Assembly: GCA_047495785.1 (NCBI GenBank)
Contig: JBLDXI010000046.1
Span: 1,736,001 to 1,800,000, forward strand
Length of the DNA: 64,000 nucleotides
Origin: Lepidodermella squamata
Lineage: Eukaryota; Animalia; Gastrotricha
Direction of reading: 5' to 3'
Shown here: positions 25,542-38,746 of the stretch, piece by piece
How the letters are laid out: every line of letters starts with the position of its first letter
Numbering within the stretch: the stretch's first letter is position 1
The notes under the pieces: generated by a model
Database searches by the model: none
Told to the model about the DNA's origin: nothing
What the model saw: the letters and a program-made list of their open reading frames with translations, nothing else
Made by a program: the position numbers and the translations under genes

Positions 25542-28417
25542 TCTGATCCATTTACCCCGTTTTCGATTTCCTATTACCACTACTACTACTACTACTACTA
25601 CTATTACTCGCTTGATCAAACGTGAAACAACAAATAATCGAGACTTCAACAATAATAATAATAATTGAGCTCTGCGGCCCGCTTCATCGTCGTCTGTCGG
25701 TGTTTTGATATTCGTACCTCCCTCGTGTGTTTCATCCTCGTCGTCGTCAGCAACTGGGTCAGCCACTTGAGCTGCTGGTTTTTACCAGGTTTTACTCGCC
25801 AACCGCCGCAAAACGAGATAGTAGTTTTAATACCGAGTACTTATAGCACTCTTATTTTTGCTGAAATGAGCCTAGACGTTGTTTTACAATGTATACCCAC
25901 TGATTTTGCTTGTCGTTGTGGCCGCACAAAAAAGATGATGATTGTTTTATCCCTTGGAAACTTTGGCATGTTTCGTTCACCTGATACCGACGTGCATGCC
26001 TGAGCACAACCTGCGTGTTACAAATACTATAGATGATGTTGACGATGATGGAGTGTCAGAGAACAAAAAGAAATCCATACCTATATAATATTTTCTCGCA
26101 ACGAGCTTTCTTTCGAATGCACCGAGCGCGAATGTTGAGCGATGATGATGAACGGCTTCTATACGGATGATGATACCAATATTCGAACGCGCTTGGGCTT
26201 TTTACGTTTTTCTTGCTGATATATAAATACGTATATTATATTAGACTGAAGTAATTGAATGATAGAGCGTAAATACACACACACACACACACACGATTAT
26301 TTTTTCAAATTTATACGTGTGTTGTTGTTATTTGTTGATACATGTAAATACACATACATATTTTCGGATTCGCTTCGCATCGAGACGGCGGCCGACATCA
26401 ATTTTTTTGTATGATGATTATTATTGAAAATCGAGTCATTTCTTTCTCTCTCTTCTCTCTCTCTCTCTCCGTTCCGTCGCTCCACCTCGATGTATGCGTG
26501 TCGAATGAAACAACCATACGAAAAACTATGTGCAAGACGATATCTTTGCTATAAATATTACCTATCTCTTCTACTACTAAAAGAGTCAGTCATTTTCACT
26601 TTGATGATGATAATAAGTATTTTTCAGTCGCTACATAAAAACATTATATATGATTATATTTTTTGTTGTTGAAAAAAGTAACGGAAGGACAAAACACTAC
26701 CTGTGCTATCATTCATCATGTCTTGGTTTTTCCAAAAGCGCATTTCAAGTTGATTATTTCTGCTGTCACAAATCCAGTAATAGGAAAAATAATTACCTAA
26801 ATTGCGCCAAGAGAAGAGCAACGCCAATTCGATCGATAAATTCGATCGATTAGCTTGCTCTTTTTTTATTCGCGTGTTTTTTCATCATCGCAAAACAATA
26901 ATAATAATAATGAAGTCTAATCGTATTTAATGCGCTTATCAAATTTTGATGAACAGTGTTTCCTCCTTCGTCTCGTTCTGATTCAAAAAATGATACATCC
27001 ATACGTATATGAATAGAGAAGCGATTATATTTTATTACCACTATTGTACTCGAATGAATCCATGAAGATGAAGCCATGTTTCAAAAGCAAACAGAATATC
27101 TCGCGTTGATTGAAAAAAATCGCTACATATATACATACACTGAATACATAAATACATACATTATTTACGTTATTATTTGCTGGCCGTGTTACGGTCAAGA
27201 AGATTTGAAAAAACGGAGAAATTGAAATATTAAAAACGAATTGTTGAACTGGTACTACGGCGTTTTTTTATGTATTTATTGATTGCAATCCTGGAACATT
27301 TTGTATACTGCGCTTTTTCTACCTACCTATACGTTCCAAGTGTTTGAGCATCAGCGATGCGGAAGGCGATGAAAAAGTGCGCGTATCGGATGATGAGGTT
27401 ACGTGCGGAAACAAACCGTAAAAAATGTGTTGTTATGGCGCTTCCAGGTCTTTTCACAATCCCGCCGAGGTTACCCGAAGCCGATATTATAAAATAGGCC
27501 GGTGTTCTATTATTATAACATGCTGCTGCAGCGAGAGAAATAAATTGCTGCGCACACAATTTAACCTCACCTCTATACGATATAATTTGGTAGACCTACC
27601 TATGCTACATACATTTCTTACCAGCAGATCGTAGATGATTCAAATTCACTCAGCTATTGAGCAAAAAGTTTGAAAAGGTACACGAGCTTCACAAGCTTTT
27701 CAATAGCCAAATCACCGTTTATTACCTATTTGGTCCTTGATATCCAGACATGATTCCTAATAATAGATTCATTCTGCTAAAATATGAATGTGCACATAAA
27801 AAGGCTCATATCCAGGCAAGTTGCGCATTAATCGAACAATGTGATATAGGTAGCACGCACATGCAGTATTAATCACCGAGTGGCCGTCTCTAACAACACC
27901 CGCCGGTCTTCTTCTTCCTTCTCTTATTCTCCCTACCTAGTCTTCCATCTACTCTTCCCTTCTTCTTAGTTATCTTGCTTAGCTCTTCATTTCTTCCCTT
28001 TATAGAAAATTTCTGCTTTTATGAATCACTGACGCAAGCAATCAGCATTTGACTCATTTCAATTTTAAAATTATTAAGGCGCACTTTTTATTATAATATC
28101 GTTTGCTGTTTTACGCACACCGCAATTGAAACTTAGATTAAAAGTCTAATCGAATATCAGCAGGAGACAAGATCTCTTTCGCGATCTGTTCATTTCTGAT
28201 TCAAAACTTATCGTTTCTGAATCTTCCAATCTATCTTGCCAAGTAGCCCCTTTACCTACATAGGTATATTATCAACCCGTCAAGAGGAAAATGCCTCCTC
28301 CCTTCGCCCTTACGTAAAATTGTGAGAAAAGCTGCTAATATTCGCTGTCTTTTTTCACTTCAAAACGATAAGAATTGAGATGTTTCCTTAGCTGCTTTTA
28401 GAAAACAATTAGCATTC

Positions 28418-29742
28418 ATGGCTGCTGAAGTACCTCAGGAAGAGGATGAGATGAAGAATCTCTCCAAGGTAAAGCGTCAGAATTTTCAGACTACTTAATA
28501 TATTCGCTATTAATATCTGATCTTCGAAGATCCTCGAAAATCTTTACCTAGGCGATCTGGAAAACTCGTTGGATCGAGATTTGCTCGACAAATACGGCAT
28601 TCAAGACATCATCAGTGTCTTGGACAACCCTAAGCGAGAATTCAGGGATATGAACTATTTGCTCATCGATATCGCCGACAGCCCTGCGTCACACATTGAA
28701 GATCATTTTCCGAAGGCGCTGAATTTCATTCATAAAGCGCGCATGGAAGGTCGACCGGTGCTTGTTCATTGGTAAGCATCCTTTTTACTCTATTTCAGTT
28801 CCTCTTTTGTCTTAAAATCATGCTGTTCAAATAATTAAGCGAGATTCTATTGTAAGATATAATTTTTGGCATAGTAGATTGTAGTGATCATTTTATGTAG
28901 TTAGGAGTTGGGACTTCATAAAACATAGGTAATTAGTGACATCAATTTCAATTACATGCCGTAGCGTTTAAATAAATTAAAATACGGAATGTCGCTTGCG
29001 TATTGCGCGGATTCAGTCTAGGAAATAGACGCGACGTTGCAAAAAAAGCTTAAATTGTACCGACCGTGATCCGGAACCCAACCCCACCTTTAACCCAGAC
29101 CAAATTACGCGGAATGCGGAATTCCAGAAAACGCCACGGCATAGTCATTAGCTGCGCAGATTCACTTTTCTAGTTGAAGAAATTTGAGGCGATCTCAGGG
29201 CAATCACGCATAAGAATCATTTCTAACACCAATATAGAACTTCAAACATGCCAGCACCTGGGGCATCCCAGCAATCAAATCAGCTCTCAATTATATATAT
29301 AAGGATTTGCAGCTACTAGACGCTGGGCGGTTGGCGGGGAGTGTTCCGTCAAAAGTTGTTGAAAAGGAAGACTGAATAGGAATAGGAGGAAAAAAAAGCA
29401 AATAAACTGACGAGGTTAGAAAATATTTATCTGAGTATTTATTTTTCGAAATTTTACAGTGCTGTTGGTATCTCGCGCAGTGCGACCTTGATAATCGCCT
29501 ATTTGGTCACGATATCGCGAAGGAAATGGCAGGTATGTATGGAGGCAGTTCAAATGGCGCGACCTGAAGTTTACCCGAACATGGGTTTCCGCCGTCAGTT
29601 GCAACTGTACCAAGATTCGCTGAAACGAATGATCAATAACTCGCCACCCAATTGCGCGCAAATGATGGCGATGCAACAGTATTGGAATTACCCACTACGA
29701 AATACCGATCTTAAAACTATCGATGCATTACTTGCTCCGTGA
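28418..29742 (+). CDS. Atypical dual-specificity phosphatase, DUSP22/15-like, copy 1; exons 28418-28468, 28530-28771, 29460-29742
   Basis: SKILENLYLG..D.P..FIHKAR..VLVHC|AVGISRS..PNMGFRRQL; intact HCxxGxSRS split by an intron. Confidence 0.92.
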
Positions 29743-30470
29743 ATGGATCAACTTTTCTCCCAGGCGAAAAACGAAAAAACGCGCTTAGAGCGATGGACAC
29801 CACACCTGAAACCAGCAATTAAAATCCGAATTGTATAGTACTACGAAACTGACTTTAATACTTACCTGACTTCATGACTTTTATCACGTTTTGGAAAGAT
29901 GAATATTTTTGCAAATTGCTTGAAGTGAGACAGTAAATCTTTGCCTGAAACAGGTTTCCCAATTATAAATCAATTTTCAAAAAATTCAAGATGAATAATT
30001 TATTAGCCGATTCAAATATGATATAGGAATGGCTAATACATGGCTAATATGTAAGTAAGTATGCTGCAGTGTGGCGACGCATGCTGAATACGTCGCGATG
30101 ACTAATGCCGACAGTATATATGCCGTGAACGAGATAAAAAGTGTTGCAGTTAATGGGTAAAATAGCCAAAACACAGAAAACTTGAATTGCCAAGTTGCAA
30201 TGTTTCCTCTCTTGATGATTATTATAGTAGAAAGTGTCCGTGATTGCATTCCGCGCTCCTTTGCTTTCAATAGAAGGCACTCCAGACGCATATATCATAT
30301 ATATTGGCAGGCGCGGCAACGTGCTCTAAAACACTCTTTTCATTGAAATAACGTTCTTTTGAACAGCACTTTAAAAGTAATTACCGCGATGCATGGAAAC
30401 CTTTTTTTTTAATTCTAGAACTGGAAATTTGTCCTTTTGCACGTATAGTTGTTTAATTATTATTTGGATA

Positions 30471-31549
30471 ATGTCCAAGGTGAGATTTATATCAAGCTTA
30501 TAGAATTCTGAGCCATTACACACATTTTTTAATTAGATTTTAGATAACCTGTACTTGGGCGATATTGAGGATGCAGTTAATAAAAGGGGAACGCTCGAAA
30601 AACTCGGTATAAAAGCCATCGTGAGCCTGGTGGATGGGCACGGCCGCGAGGCACACGTCAGGCAGGTACTCAGATCGGAAGAAGAGAGCGGCAAAAGAGA
30701 TATCGCGTATCTTCACATCGACATTGAAGACAGCCCTGCTGAGTACATCGATCGCCACTTCTCAACATGCCTTCATTTTATTCACGAAGCTCGCATGGCC
30801 AAAAAGCCTGTACTAGTGCATTGGTATGTTTTTTCCTCTTCCCTTCTGATCTCCCTCTCCTCCTGACATCGAGCTATTAGGGTAAAGCTTTTTAGTAAAT
30901 TTGTATCATCTGAACCCTCGAAGTTCAAGGGTTCAGCTTTTATTGACCATAAAATTCCATTAACATTCTAGTAACGCGAAATCAGGTCAAACAGGACAAA
31001 TTTATCCAAGTGCTTGGTGGGTCTCGTAATTTGTCAAAACCAATAATCCTGAATTTATGGAGCATCGGACCAAGATGAGGACTCATGTTGAACATTGGTA
31101 CCAACAATGCGAAAAAGGAAAAAGCAGGACTTAATTTTTTTCAGAGCCATTTTTTAACCCCAAATTACGGTATGTCTCATAATATTGAATCGAATATGCG
31201 AAGAATTCGTACGACTAATTAATTGGTACAAGACTTCCACTTGATATCGCTATCCCTTTTGTTGCAAGTAACTAAGATTTTTATTTTACTATGCAGTATT
31301 TTCGGAATTTCTCGAAGCGCATCGATCGTGATAGCTTACCTCATGGCTATATCGAACCTCGACTGGTCTACGTGTTTGAATGCAGTTAGAAAGCGGCGAC
31401 CTCAAGCAAGTCCGAACGAAGGCTTCTTGCAGCAGCTATCCGAGTATCAAATTCTCTTGGGAAAATTGAATCACAACCTGCTTCCGTACCGAAATTACCC
31501 GAATCGTGACAAAGACATAACGGCTATCAAGAAGCTAGATTCAGAATGA
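30471..31549 (+). CDS. DUSP22-like copy 2; exons 30471-30479, 30537-30823, 31297-31549
   Basis: MSK|ILDNLYLG..VLVHC|IFGISRS..SPNEGFLQQL. Confidence 0.92.
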
Positions 31550-32399
31550 TTAGATGATAACAGCTATTTATAACAAGAGAATCTACATTCATTGATGATT
31601 CTCCGGCTATTCGGCTGAATTCGAAGCCTGACTTCATGCTTTGTTGTAATTTTTTAGTAAAACATGAATTATGATTGTAAAAACCCGATTAATTTTGATC
31701 TTTCGAGCGACCCAGAGCGGAAAAGTTTGTATAACACTCGAAGTATAAAATCTGTGCATCAAGAAAAATTTAGCCCAAAAAATAAGCAGCTCAACATTCA
31801 ACGCGTTAGTTGCACCAAAAGTTACTCAGGTCCCGACATGAATTGTAGCCGAATTTTGGTCGAAGCAGAATTAATTTTGAGGTGGCAGCTGCGTTGCGAC
31901 GCGACGACTATCCTAATATGGAATATCGCAGAGAGCTATTGGTTATCCATACAATGCTGCATTGCGTCTACGTAAGTACCGCTCACGGTGAATCATCGGT
32001 GAATCATCGCGCAAATAATTCTGGGCACGCGCCTGCAATATACGATATAAGGCTATGCGAGCTATTGCATCAGGTGAATTAGTTGGGTTGTAAAAAAAGT
32101 CAACGAGTGGGCCCAACGGAGTTTTCTATACTATGATAATTGTTAAACTACATTTTCTAAGTAAATTACCATTTTCTCTCCAAAGATTACGAAAATTACG
32201 ACAGCAGCTGCTTTGTACCTACTATTTGTTTTACGCTAATTTCTTATCAACAATGTAGGTATAGGAGGTAATATATGAGCAATGATGCTCAGCAATCCAA
32301 CCGACCATCCGCCAATTTAATTTTAGTCACTCAAATTATTTGGCATCTCGAGTTCAGAGAATTCAAGATTTTTTGTCGATTTTAGAGATTTTCAAATCC

Positions 32400-32963
32400 A
32401 TGTCCAAGATTATAGAACATCTGTATTTGGGCAACTACGACGATGCCCACGATCCTCAATTTTTGAAAAAAATGGACATCAAACATATTGTATCGATTCT
32501 CGACAAGCGATGCCTCGGTTCTTTCGATCACATCAACTACCTTAGTCTTGAACTGAAAGACTTCCCCAATTCGGATATTACGCAATTTTTTCCAGATGTT
32601 ATTCAATTCATTCACCAAGCAAGGCTGAAAAATGAAGCCGTCCTTGTTCATTGGTAACTTCATCATTGACATAGAATATTATTCATGAAAACCTCGCAAT
32701 TATAATTTAGCGCCTTTGGAATTTCACGAAGCGTTACCCTAGTTGGAAGTTATCTAGTAGCAGTCTCTGGGCTGCCGTCTAATCAGGTGCTCAGTGCGAT
32801 TCGAACATGCCGCCGGATCGCTTCGCCGAATGCCGGGTTCAAACGGCAGTTGCTTCTATTTTACGAAGAGCAGCGTAATAATTACAAGCAACTGCGCCAG
32901 TACGAGGGAAATCAACGTGATGTCGAGCACATTCGATCTCTTGTCAGACCTATAAGGTTATAG
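32400..32963 (+). CDS. DUSP22-like copy 3; exons 32400-32653, 32711-32963
   Basis: MSKIIEHLYLG..VLVHC|AFGISRSVTLV..SPNAGFKRQL. Confidence 0.92.
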
Positions 32964-33460
32964 ATATTTCAATTATAAATGAGTTAAACCTAGACATCCG
33001 AGTTAACTTCCTGTTTTCTATCTGCGGTCCTCTCGGCCCAAATCTTGTGATCGAAATGTCATACTTTTATGAATTTGTATGCCTGTACTATGCCTTTTGT
33101 ATTCCTTGTTTTTCTATGAAACGTTTTTCAGTGAAGACGACGGGCCAACAATAGAAGACTTGCGGAAGATGAAATGGCCAACCTGCTTCACTCAGCAAAC
33201 AGACTTGTAAACATAAGGTGGAGATGCAAATCCATGCAAATATTATATACAAATTGTGTGCAATTTTTAGCGAATAAAAGTGATGATATACCTAAGGCTG
33301 AAAAGAATGTATGTATCGATTCCGACTTCTTTAATTCTATGCTACCGAAAATAACATATGAACTGATGGCGAAATGAAAAATGTGTCATGCAAAATAGCG
33401 AGAAATTCGCACGTGCTTCGTTTCTTGACTTCTCCCTCCATCTTATAGGATTGTGTTATT

Positions 33461-34077
33461 ATGTCTAAAATTTTGGAGAATTTGTATCTTGGAGACTACG
33501 ACGATGCCAGAGATGCCCATTTTCTTAAAGAGAAGCAAATCAAGCACATCGTGTCGATATTGGATCGGCGATCTCGTGATCATTCTTTCAAGGCCATTAA
33601 CCACCTAAACCTTGAACTCCTTGACATTCCAGATTCGAATATCGCCCAATTTTTCCCGAAAGTCATTCAATTTATTCACCAGGCCAGAACGAAAAATGAA
33701 GCTGTTCTAGTCCACTGGCAAGTCTATTATATTCTTATTTTCCCTAAAATAATGTAACAAAAATCAGTGCTCTAGGTGTCTCGCGAAGCGTGACACTAGT
33801 TGGTGCGTATCTGATCGCAATTACAGGCATGCAGGCGAATGAAGTTCTCAGCGCAATACACACCTGCCGATTGATCGCATCGCCTAACGATGGATTTAAA
33901 AAGCAACTGCATAATTTTTGTCAAGAAAAGCGGAATAATTTCACAAATCTGCGCCAATACGAAGGTAATTTTCAATCTCCTTACTTCGTACTATTCCCTT
34001 GTCCTTCAATTGCCCAAATCTCTTTTCCAGGTAATCAGCGCGATGTGAATCACATTCGATGCCTTGTCAAACGTTGA
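33461..34077 (+). CDS. DUSP22-like copy 4; exons 33461-33717, 33768-33964, 34031-34077 (first intron GC-AG)
   Basis: MSKILENLYLG..VLVHC|ALGVSRSVTLV..SPNDGFKKQL; the donor at the conserved intron position reads GCAAGT. Confidence 0.88.
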
Positions 34078-34534
34078 AAGGCGAGCAAGCCATTCAAAAT
34101 TATTGTGATAATCGATCTGTTTTTTTATCTACCATGCAATTAAGTTATAGACGAATAAAGATGACGACTGTAAGAATACCCGATAGTATCCGCTTATGGT
34201 CAAAGTATGTATGGCCTGGGCTATCCACGACCCCTTGACTAACCCAAACTGAAATTTTGAACCAAAATTTTTCAAAACCTAGATGTGACCCTGACCCCAG
34301 CACTTCTAAATTTCACGTAGAGCTTGATGAAAAAAAACGAAATTGATTGTTGAGAAGAGCAGTAGAGGTATTTTATTATTTAACATTCAGTATAAAACGA
34401 ACGAAAATTCAATCATTGGATGAAATCGACAACCACTCCCAAGTGTCAATGAAGTCCGCGTGAAATGTTAGCTTCCGATGACGAATAGTAGCACAAGAGC
34501 GAGAATTCTGAAAGTCCCATTCATAGCAGCGTCG

Positions 34535-37500
34535 TCAGTTCGCCTCGATGGCGTGCAGCGCCTGCGCCTGCTCGTCTTCCGAGTCGTCTCCGTCGTCGAA
34601 CAGCGTCTTCTCCGACTGCTGTTTCGCCGCATCGTCCGAAGCCGGCTCCTTCGCGCCCTGCTGGTTAGCAGCACCCACACCACCACTGCTATTGTGGCTG
34701 GTAGGGAAACTGGGCTGCTGTTGGATGAACGTGGGCTGGTGCCACGCAACCGGCACTTGCTGGCCGAGAAACACGAGCCCGCGCGCCTTCGCCACCTCGG
34801 CATCGCGTCGCGTCGAGAACGTAACGATGAAGCCCTGGCTGGACAGCTCGACGCCATCGACTGAGCAGAACAGTCCGAAATGGGCGCGCAAGTTGCTCGC
34901 ATCCAATCCAGTTACTTGAGTGATCAACCTGATATTCGCAAAAAAATTAATAAATTTTCCAGGAATTCAAAATTATAACACTGACAGCTGTTTAGGCCGG
35001 CGGTCGACAATGAAAGAGGCTTTATTCGGCTTTGCTTTTGCCGGATCAGCTTCTCCAGCCGACGCGCCCGGTGTAGTCGGCTGGCCTGGTTGCCCACCGG
35101 CGGCACCGCCAGCCGATGCTGTTTTTTGTTTCTGATCGGCTCTGGCCAAGCCGAGTTCGATCTTCAATGCAGCGATTTTGTCATCGACAGTTTTCAGAGT
35201 CTAATATACGAAAAAGAACGATAAACACGAATTGCTGGTATTAAATAAGCTACTCACCGCGTTGATTTCCCCTTTGACACTGTCAGTTGTTGCGACAGCC
35301 AGTTTCTCAGCAAGGCTCTGTAAATCAGTTAAAAATCATCAAAATTTTCGACATCAATAAACAATTACCTTTCGCATTTCCAAATAATTTGCTAGCAAGA
35401 GTCGACGGCGTTTAGCCAGATCGTTTTGAGCCTCTGCAACTTTCTGTCAAAAATTCAGTTATACAATCGAAGTCAGTCATCATTTTTGAAAAATTATTAC
35501 CGCTTTTTCTTCACCGACGTGGTCGATGCGAAGCTTGGCGCGCGGTGGGGGTTTCGGGCCAGCCGCCTGGCCTGCACCAGTCGGCGATTGCACATCGCCA
35601 TCCGCTTGAGCACCCATCGCCTGGTCAGCAGGAGCAGCAGAGCCACCGCCCACAGCCAGCGAATCCGGCCGTTTCGCCTCTGCCTGAGCCTGTCCAGGCT
35701 GCTGCTGCTGCTGCTGAGGCTCCTTGTGATGCCAGAACACGCGAATAAAGCGGTTGTTAAACAGCGGCTGGGCACAGCGATACGCTTCCAGCGCATCTGA
35801 GTGGTTGGCAAAGGTGACGAGGGCGGCTTCGGGGTCGCCCTCGAAGCTGATCTGAATATTGACGACTGGGCCGAATTTCGAGAAATGCTCGTGCAATGGC
35901 CCGATCGAGTTCAGATTCCCCGGTATCTTCCGCACCTCCAAGATATTATTCGACATGTCAGCTTGGCCACGGCCAGACATGCCACCCCGCATGCCCCGAC
36001 CGCCGCGGAAATAGCCTCGTCCTTGCCCACGGCCGCCGCGGTTGAAATTCCCACCACGGTTATAGCCACCTCCGAAATTCCGACCGCCGTAGGACTCGTT
36101 GTTATTCCCATTGTTATTACTATTATAATTATTTCCATCCTGAGACGATTGATCAATCACAGGCTCACCCAGCCTCGCCGCCGCATTCGCCTGGGCGATT
36201 TCCTCGATTTCACTGTCCAGCTGACTAGTTGAGATCGGAGGCCTGTCGCCGCCTCCGAAGCGATTGTTATCAAATCGATTATTATTGTTATTGTTATCGA
36301 ATCTCCGGCCACCTCCGCCGCCGCCACCTCCACCGAAATCGTTGCGGCGAATTTGGCGCAAGTTCCGATTGAATCCGCCAGCTCTGCCGGACATGACAAC
36401 GGGCACATTGCCGCTCTGATCGCCGCCCATCATTTCTGGCGGAATCATTTGCTGCTGTTGTTGCTGGTGCTGTTGGAACTGCTGAGCCAGCATTAGATTC
36501 GGATCCTGTTGCATAAACTGCTGTTGCAACGGGTTGATGGCCGCTGCGGCTGTAATTTGCTGGAATCCGAATTGAAGGTATGAAGCGAGTACGGGCGAAA
36601 TGTGGGCGCTCTTGGCATCTGCCGATTTTTGGCCACCGAAAGCGCCTGGCGGTGAGGTTTCCGCATTCGGAAAGGCTGGCGTTGTCGTCGCTTGTTGGTA
36701 AGTCGCAGCGATTGCCTGAATGTCCTTCTCCTCAACCTGTAGAAAACCGGGATGCGAATATTGGCAAGCGTCGCCTTCAAGGCAGTAGCCTTGTTTTTCA
36801 AACGAGGGGCAAACACGTGTTTCGCCAGTCGCGAGCAACTTTTTCGATGCCGCGTCTTCGTTTTCACTCGATGATGGTGGAAGTGGCTGCTGGCGGCTGC
36901 TTCTGGAATGTGGCGAACGTGACCGGCGATTGCGCTCTCTCGACTGACTATGAGGCGATCGTGAAGAATTCTTCCGATCGCCGTTATTACTGTCATTATG
37001 ACGCGACTTTCGGGATGAAGAATCGCCTGATCGCTTGGAAACCGGAGAACGGCTTCGACTTTTGCCCCCGTGTTTCGACGAGGAGTGGTGGCGACTTTCA
37101 AGTCGACCAGATAATAGCCTATTGCCACCGTCCTTCCCTGAGTCTGAAACTGCATCAGCAGCTTTATACTTTTCATTCGTTACAGCATCTAACACCTGGT
37201 CGACGAAATCCTCCACTTCTAAAAACGGAAATTGATATTGACGTTATTCAGTTGAACTTCAGCATTAAATCGCTTACTTATTTTGTTCACATCTATAAAA
37301 ATACTTAGATTTTGAATACAGTAGGAACGCAGATCTGGTTTTGGATTGCTCTGTACAAGGAATTATTATAGTAAATAGTAAATAGTAAATAGTAATACGG
37401 CAATATTATATAGAAAGCCTACCTTCTTCAATATCACGACAACGTATTTCGCAAGCGAGTCTGGATCCGCTAAGCATCTATCAAAAGATGAAAATGCATC

Positions 37501-37591
37501 ATGTCAAAGTTTGCAAATAATCAAATGCTAACATTGGCCGAATAATAGGAAGCAGCCATTTGTTGAAGCTATCGACGTCGGTTATCTCCAT
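34535..37591 (-). CDS. RBM26: RNA-binding protein 26/27 (swm): PWI, RS region, CCCH zinc finger, RGG, two RRMs, coiled coil; multi-exon
   Basis: Spliced N-terminus MEITDVDSFNKWL..ICLADPDSLAKYVVVILKK (PWI); CPSFEKQGYCLEGDACQYSH; LEVRKIPGNLNSI..HFSKFG..FNNRFIRVFWH. Confidence 0.93.
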
Positions 37592-37795
37592 CAAAGGAAA
37601 CTTGTAAATAAACTAAACTCTGCAAATGAATGAAACATGTGCTAAATTCGGTTAGAAAATAAATTGCAAATGAAATTGCAGATAAATGGAGGAATTATCC
37701 TGCTTCCTGTAAACTCTTAACGTTTGTCGTCTGTGAAAATGGCAATTCAAGATTATTTCAATGGTGAATTAGAGGTTAGGTATAAATAAGTATCC

Positions 37796-37994
37796 TGGCC
37801 GATGGCAAAACTAGCAGCGGAATCCAAGCTACTCTAATCCGTGTAACTGTGATGGCGTCGTAGTTTGAATCCATGTCAAGGCAAACTTCTCCAAAGCCAA
37901 TAGTTAACCAAGCATTAACTAGAATAGATTAGGCCTAGGTAGCCGCTTGTCGTATAAATAAACATAACACCCCCATTCAGGATTCAGGATTCAG
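37796..37994 (+). mobile_element. Candidate degenerate tRNA-derived SINE
   Basis: A-box-like TGGCCGATGG (37796), B-box-like GTTTGAATCC (37863), and an (ATTCAGG)n tandem tail at 37975-37994; no clean cloverleaf or TSD seen. Confidence 0.4.
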
Positions 37995-38746
37995 ACACAA
38001 ACGAATCAGTAATCAGCCGAAGCCCGCAGGCTAGAATGCGTTTGGCAACTCTCTACGCCTATAGTTCCAAGGGGCTGTATGCCTGTTTCACAGCACCATT
38101 TTATGAGTTCAAAAAAGACCTAAACCCTAAACGTGAAAAATGTCAGTCCGGTCAGTCTTCAAGTCAAAGGCGTAACCCGTGAAAAAATAACTTCACCAAC
38201 TTTATACTTTATGTTTCACAAATTCCGGAGTTGCTATTAAATGCGCTTTAAATAACTGGCTCCACCTTCCACCTGCAAACTCTGTCATCCAAAACATCGA
38301 ACGCTTTGAACGACTTTCAACTTCAAAATCCACTTACCGTTGCACGCAGCGGGACACTTTCAGCCTCTTATACAACAAAAATTTGCCGCAGGATTTTAAA
38401 AATAACAAAAAACGTAAAACTTTTTTAAATAAAAAGTTAACAATAAATTCGCTAATAATTTTATATGCATTTCAAGGTCATTTGAAAAAACGGCGTGCGC
38501 CATGCGGTCGAAACCACGCGGTTATCGGCGATTTGTGCTGCAATACAGCTGGTAATGCAGCTTGCGAGTTGGATTGCGGCCATGTATGAGAAAGATACAG
38601 TATTATTAGACTCAATAAATGATCACATGTAATTGCCATGAATTCTTATCTTTTCAAACCCCGCCTTTTGCGTTATTCTATTTGTCCCTTCAATTTTCAT
38701 TTACACCAAACATTTTATGCATATTTAGGTTACCGTCGGTTTTAGT

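Noticed and set aside
25578-26469. (TAC)n, (CA)n and (CT)n microsatellites in the presumed UBL3 3'UTR
   Set aside because: Ordinary simple repeats.
30911-30935. Hairpin TGAACCCTCGAA-G-TTCAAGGGTTCA in a DUSP intron (similar one at ~15855-15880)
   Set aside because: Could be a Helitron-type end, but no matching termini were found; too little to call.
37796-37885. Functional tRNA gene
   Set aside because: Degenerate B box, no acceptor stem or cloverleaf, no oligo-T terminator; kept only as a SINE candidate.
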